64,000 nucleotides of DNA from the human T2T-CHM13v2.0 reference genome, Homo sapiens. Shown one piece after another: positions 54,041 through 64,000 of this stretch. Where the stretch lies: the NCBI RefSeq assembly GCF_009914755.1, contig NC_060925.1. One strand, 5' to 3'. Every line of letters starts with the position of its first letter. The stretch's first letter is position 1. The notes beneath the pieces are model-generated. The model did no database searches and was not told the origin of the DNA. It saw only the letters and a list, made by a program, of their open reading frames with translations. A program made the position numbers and the translations under genes.

Positions 54041-54242
54041 ACCAGAACCCTCTTTCCAAAATCTGTGTAGCCCTTAAGTCTGTATACATAAACTCCATTT
54101 TAAAATGTTAAAAACTGGTCATGAACACAATTCACCAAGGTGGTATGAAATAATTAAGCATGACCTAGTTCAGTAAATTGCAAGGTTGGCAACACACTGC
54201 TCCACTAGTGTCAACTATGACAATTAAAACAGAGCTTCTCCT

Positions 54243-54558
<316 letters not shown>

Positions 54559-56737
54559 TCAGCAAATCATGCCAACTACTATAGCCCTGAGCTATTGGAA
54601 GCAGAAGGTGGTGAGTGAAGATCCAACCCCACCATTTATAGTAACCCCAGGGAATCAATGAGAAAGGTTTCTTGCCCTCAACATTCAGGAATGAATCAAA
54701 AATGGGTCAGTGAAAGAGCTCGTGCCAGGTAGTTCAATAAAAGGAATTTACTATGGGAAACTAGTTGCTCAACTATTGGGAAAGCCAAAAGGCCAAATGG
54801 GGAGAGTGGGAAAAAATAACACAGAGATTAACAACAGTGAGAAGTGTCTAGTGTACTCATAGACAAAAGGGCAAAGACAAAAGCTATTGATATCCTGAGA
54901 GCTCCGGCTATCCAACAATGATGATATCACAAGAAAGGAGTTGTTTGGCAAAACCATGAATGTAGGTGTAGCCACTGCTGGAGATGCCACCCAAAGGAGA
55001 AAGAAAAAGAAATACCTAGGCTTCTTCCTTCTTCCTGCCCTACAGACACCTGCAAGAGGTTCCTCTTAGCTGAGGTAGCTAGAAGCCAGTTGACAACGAA
55101 GCCTGGGAAATGCGATTTTCAGAATTTTGTCCCTAACACTACAGAGCAAAGGTGGAAAATGGAATTAATTGCAAATAGTCAAATGACCTGCACAAGATAT
55201 TCCTAAACCTTCAGATGCCAACTCAATTTGAAAGCTGTATGATAACCCATAATTTGTACAGATTTTTCAATACTGAAGTATATTATAAAAATATTATTAT
55301 TTTATGGAGCATGAAGAATAAAAACATAGATAACATTCTAGTTTGCTAGTTAATATTTCTTCAAGTGTTATTTACAAATGGGAAGAAGCAATAACAGTAA
55401 GTAAAAAGTAAATTTTAACTGAAAATTATCATGTTCTGGTTATCACTAGAAAAATTATGTCTTAGAATTTACACTAATACATACACATACTATAATCATT
55501 CTAGTGGTACCTTAAATTGTTATTTAAAAAAAACTCAACCATATTTAATAAGATGATGTGTCTCCTTTTGTGATTATTTTACTACTAAAGCATAAGAGGG
55601 TGGTTTATGTGCATCGTAAGTCCCCTTCAAAGCTGTTTCTCAGATTACTTGAAAAGAGCAGTTGAAGAGGCATGCAAACAGGTTTCAATATGCCCAATTC
55701 ATATTTCTTCAATTGTGCTTTCCAAGGCCTTTAAGTTTAGCTGTTACTATAGAAAATACCATCATTCTTAGAGGAAAATTATTTGGGAATGAAATATTTC
55801 AATTCCTCCTTGTTAAGAAAGCAGAGAAAATAGGAAAGAAAAATATATACCAGTAGATACATAACTGTTATATCAAAATATAATTCAGTAAGGAGGTCAG
55901 TAATCTTATAAACAAATTAAAACTATATTATAATAGAAGTTCAGATTTGTTTCAATTATGAGTCAGAAACAAGGAACAGAATTAAATTTTTGGTCTACAG
56001 TTACAGAGTTACCAATATTTCTCCAGCAGAATTTCTAGACATAGTGAAACTCTCCTTTATATTTAATAACCATGCTTTTTTCCTCCTAAATGTCCTATTT
56101 TTTCTCTAAATGAGATAATGGCCTTATAAGGTGGCATGTTCTGGCATAAAGTAACAGTATTAGTAAAAATGAAATTTCTATCAGATCTCATGTTAAAGAG
56201 GTCATCAAATGAAAGCATTTGGATTTTATCCTGAAAACAATGGGGAGCCATGACAGATTTTGAGGAATAATGTAATATAATCAGATTATTTGCATTTTAA
56301 CTTTGGTTGCATAGTGGAGCATGGACCAGAGAGAGGTGGAGTAGTTAGAAAGCTGTTGTACAAGTCCAAGGGGACCCATGTTGAGGACCTTATATAGGAT
56401 AGAAGCTACAGGGTTAAAACAGTTGTGAGATATTATCCTCATACATTTAGGTGTTGTGATATATTACAATCATCCATTTAATTACAAAAAGAGGGAAACA
56501 AGAATGCATTGTACAATACTTTCTCCTATTATAATTCTATGAGGGAAATTCCACGAGGGACAAGAAGCTAAACCCACTGGTCAGGACAAAAATTTTGGGG
56601 TAGTAAAACAAACAGGGCAGCAATACATATAATTCAGGAGGATCCACAAGACAGAGCTGTGATAAAGGGTGAGATTATAGAGAGGAACCCAACAAACAGG
56701 GAGATACACACAAGCCAGATTCAGAGTGTGGACATAG

Positions 56738-58350
56738 GTACATTTGGTAGAATTTGGCTATAAATATGTCTGGTCCAGGGTTTTTTTTTGGTTGGTAGTC
56801 TTTTTATTATTGATTCAGTTTCAGAACTCAATATTGGTCTATTCAGAATTTCAATCTCTTTCTGATTCAATCTTGGGACATAGTGTGCTTCCAGGAATTT
56901 AACCATTTACTCTGCACTTTCTAATTGGTTTACATAAAGTTGTTCATAGTAGTCTCTGGGGATTTTTGTATTTCTGTGGGAATAGTTGTAATGTTGTATT
57001 TGTCATTCCTGATTGTACTTAAGTGGATATTTTTTTCTTTGTTTATCTAGCTAGCAGTCTATCGATCTTGTTTACTCTTTCAAAAAATGAACCCATGGTT
57101 TCATTGATGGTTTGTATAGATTTAATAACTAGTATCAATCCTAGTGAAACTATTCCAAAAAACTGAGAAGGAGGGACTCCTCCCTAACTCATTCTATGAA
57201 GCCACTCTCAGCCTAGTACCAAAAACTGGCACAGACATGACAAAGAAAGGAAACTTCAGGTCAATATCGCCAATGAATGCAGACACAAAAATTCTCAACA
57301 AAATACTAGAAAACTGAATCCAACAGCCCATCAAAAAGCTAATTCACCACAATCAAGCAGGCTTTATTCCCAGGATGAAGTCAATAAGTGTTATCTACCA
57401 CATGAACAGAATTAAAAGCAAAAATCATATGACCATCTCAATAGAGAAAGAAAAAGTTTTCCATAAAATCCAATATCCCTTCATGATAAAAACCCTCAAC
57501 AGGCAGACTTGTTATCAAACAGACATACCTCAACATAATAAGAGCCGTCTCTGGCAAACCTATAGCCAACACCATACTGAATAGGAATAAGCCGGAAGCA
57601 TTCACATTAAGAAATGGAACAAGACAAGGATGCCCACTCTCACCACTCTTATTTTACATAGTACTAGAAGTCCTAGCCAAAGCAGTCAGGCAAGAGAAAG
57701 CAATAAGAGGCATCCAAACAGGAACAGAAGAAATTAAACTATGTTTTGTCACTTGCAATATGACTGTATACTTAGAAAACCCTAGAGACTCCAGCAAAGG
57801 GCTCTTAAACCTGACAAACTATTTTATCAAGGTTTCACAATATCAACATACAAAAATCAGTAGCATCTCTATAAACCAATAAGCATCCAGAATGGGAATC
57901 AAATCCAGAACACAATTCCATTTATTATACACTAGCCACAAAAAAATGAAATACACAGGACTACAGCTTAAACAACTGGTTAACTGAGGCAACTACAAAA
58001 CACTGCTGAAAGAAATCAGAGATGACACAAATAAATGGAAAGACATACCATGCTCATTGATTGGAACAATCAGTATCATTAACATGGCCATACTGTCCAA
58101 AACAACTTACAAATTCAATGTTATTTCAACCAAATTACCAACATCATTTTTCACAGAATTAGAAAAAAATCATAAAATTCATATGGAACCAAAAAAGAGT
58201 CCAAATACCCAAAGTAATCCTAAGAAAAAAGAACAAGGCTGGAGAAATCATACTATCTAACTTCAAACTATACTCTAAGGCTACAGTAACCGAAACAGTA
58301 TGGTGCTGGTACTAAAACGGACACAGAGATCAATGGAACAGAATAGAAAA
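56738..58350 (+). mobile_element. Older L1 (L1PB/L1MA-type) with 5' inversion (56738-~57120 minus, ~57129-58350 plus); host of the THE1/ZNF cassette
   Basis: Minus peptide PRLNQKEIEILNRPILSSETESIIK. Plus 'gagggactcctccctaactcattctatgaagcc'...'gatcaatggaacagaatag'. Confidence 0.9.
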
Positions 58351-58354
58351 TAGA

Positions 58355-58497
58355 GGCAGAAGAAATTTCTAAGCGGCAAAGCATACAAGAGGTGACTTGG
58401 GTGCTGTTAAAGGCATTCAGTTTTATAAGGGAAGCAGAGCATAAAAGTTCAGAAAATTTGCAGTCTGACAATGTGATAAAAAAAAAAAAAAATCCCA
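58355..58497 (+). mobile_element. THE1-internal (MaLR) fragment
   Basis: 'ggcagaagaaatttctaagcggcaaagcatacaagaggtgacttgggtgctgttaaaggcattcagtttt...gcagagcataaaagttcagaaaatttgcag...aaaatccca' matches the 5' part of THE1-int as recalled. No LTR upstream. Confidence 0.85.
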
Positions 58498-58602
58498 CCG
58501 GCACCACGGCCTTTGTCTCACAGTCAGGCGGAGCAGGGGCAGCCATTCCTGCCAGAAGCCAGGGCATGACCCCTGGGCTGCCTGTCTCCACAGACCCAGT
58601 GA

Positions 58603-63080
<4,478 letters not shown>

Positions 63081-63170
63081 ACCCACTCCACATGTGCTGG
63101 GGACATAGGAAGACCTTAAGACATAGCTCATCCCTTTCTAGATTTGACCCAATCATACACATGAGAAACA

Positions 63171-63207
63171 TATGTCTTTATCAACAGGGTGGAAACAGAC
63201 TAATACA
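63171..63207 (+). mobile_element. 3'-terminal 37 bp of a THE1 LTR
   Basis: tatgtctttatcaacagggtggaaacagactaataca aligns ungapped, 28/37, with the end of the in-window THE1 LTR (30800-30836). It ends in the terminal CA. Confidence 0.8.
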
Positions 63208-63317
63208 AAAGTGAAGAGACAATCCACTGAAGGAAAGAAGTATCTCATGTACTCCATAAATATATACACCTATTAAATATTTTAATTTCAATCTTTGTGG
63301 TTACATGATAGGTGTAT

Positions 63318-64000
63318 GACCAAGCTGAGAAACAACTCAAGGAGGCAACCCCATTTACAACAACTACAAAAAAATAAAATATCTAGGAATACATGTAACC
63401 AAGGAGATGAAAGATTTCTACTAGAAAAACTGCAAAACACGGATGAAAAAAATATAGATGACATAAACACATGAAAAAACATCCCATACTCATGGAGCAG
63501 AAGAATTAATACTGTTAAAGTGATCACACTGCCCAAAGCAAGCTACAGATTCAATGCAATCCCTCTCAAAATACTGACATTATTTTTAACAGAACTAGAT
63601 AAAGCAATCCTAAAATTCATATTGTACCCAAAGGAGCCCAAATAGCCAAAGCAGTTCTAAGCAAAAACAACAAAGCTGGAGATATCAAATTATCTGGCAT
63701 CAAATTACACATACTACAAGGCTTTATTAACCAAAACAGCATGGTACTGGTTTAAAAATAGACAATTAACATCAATTAAAGAATAGAGAACCCAGAAATA
63801 AAGCCACCTATCTCCAGCCAACTACACATACATTGGGAAGAGGACATTGTTTTCAATAAGTGGTACTGGTAATATTGGATTGCCACCTGCAGAAGAATGA
63901 AACTAGACTCCTATCTCTTGGCATACACAAAAATCAACTCAAGATGGATTAAAGACTTAAATGTAAGACCTAAAACTATAAAAATACTATAAGAAAAACT
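63318..64000 (+). mobile_element. L1PB-type ORF2 fragment, runs off the window
   Basis: 'ccatttacaacaactacaaaaaaataaaatatctaggaatac', 'tacagattcaatgcaatccc', 'aaatcaactcaagatggattaaagacttaaa'. Confidence 0.9.

Noticed and set aside
58478-58492. A15 run next to the pseudogene as a possible retrocopy tail
   Set aside because: It is at the 5' side on the sense strand and corresponds to the A-rich tract of THE1-int before 'atccca'.

Overview
Primate (very probably human) non-coding DNA: AT-rich, dense in L1, Alu, L2/MIR, MaLR/ERV LTRs and one hAT MITE. No intact protein-coding gene is visible, and almost all ORFs in the track are repeat-derived or spurious. The main feature is at 58.4-63.2 kb: a decayed copy of the KRAB zinc-finger gene ZNF135 (16 C2H2 fingers, 4 premature stops, 1 frameshift). 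From recall only, this probably corresponds to ZNF859P in an AGBL4 intron. The copy came from a partly spliced RNA: KRAB-A/KRAB-B intron removed exactly, ATG exon extended by 244 nt, last intron (2.3 kb) retained. It has no poly(A) tail and no TSD. Instead it sits between a THE1 internal fragment (58355-58497) and the last 37 bp of a THE1 LTR ending in ...TAATACA (63171-63207), all inside an older L1. This architecture suggests the host pre-mRNA was captured by a MaLR LTR retrotransposon through template switching rather than retroposed by L1 (inference). Also present: three 5'-inverted L1s, an L1 nested in an L1, a two-LTR MLT1A0 element and a MER11D-like solo LTR. Subfamily names come from remembered consensus sequences, not from a search.
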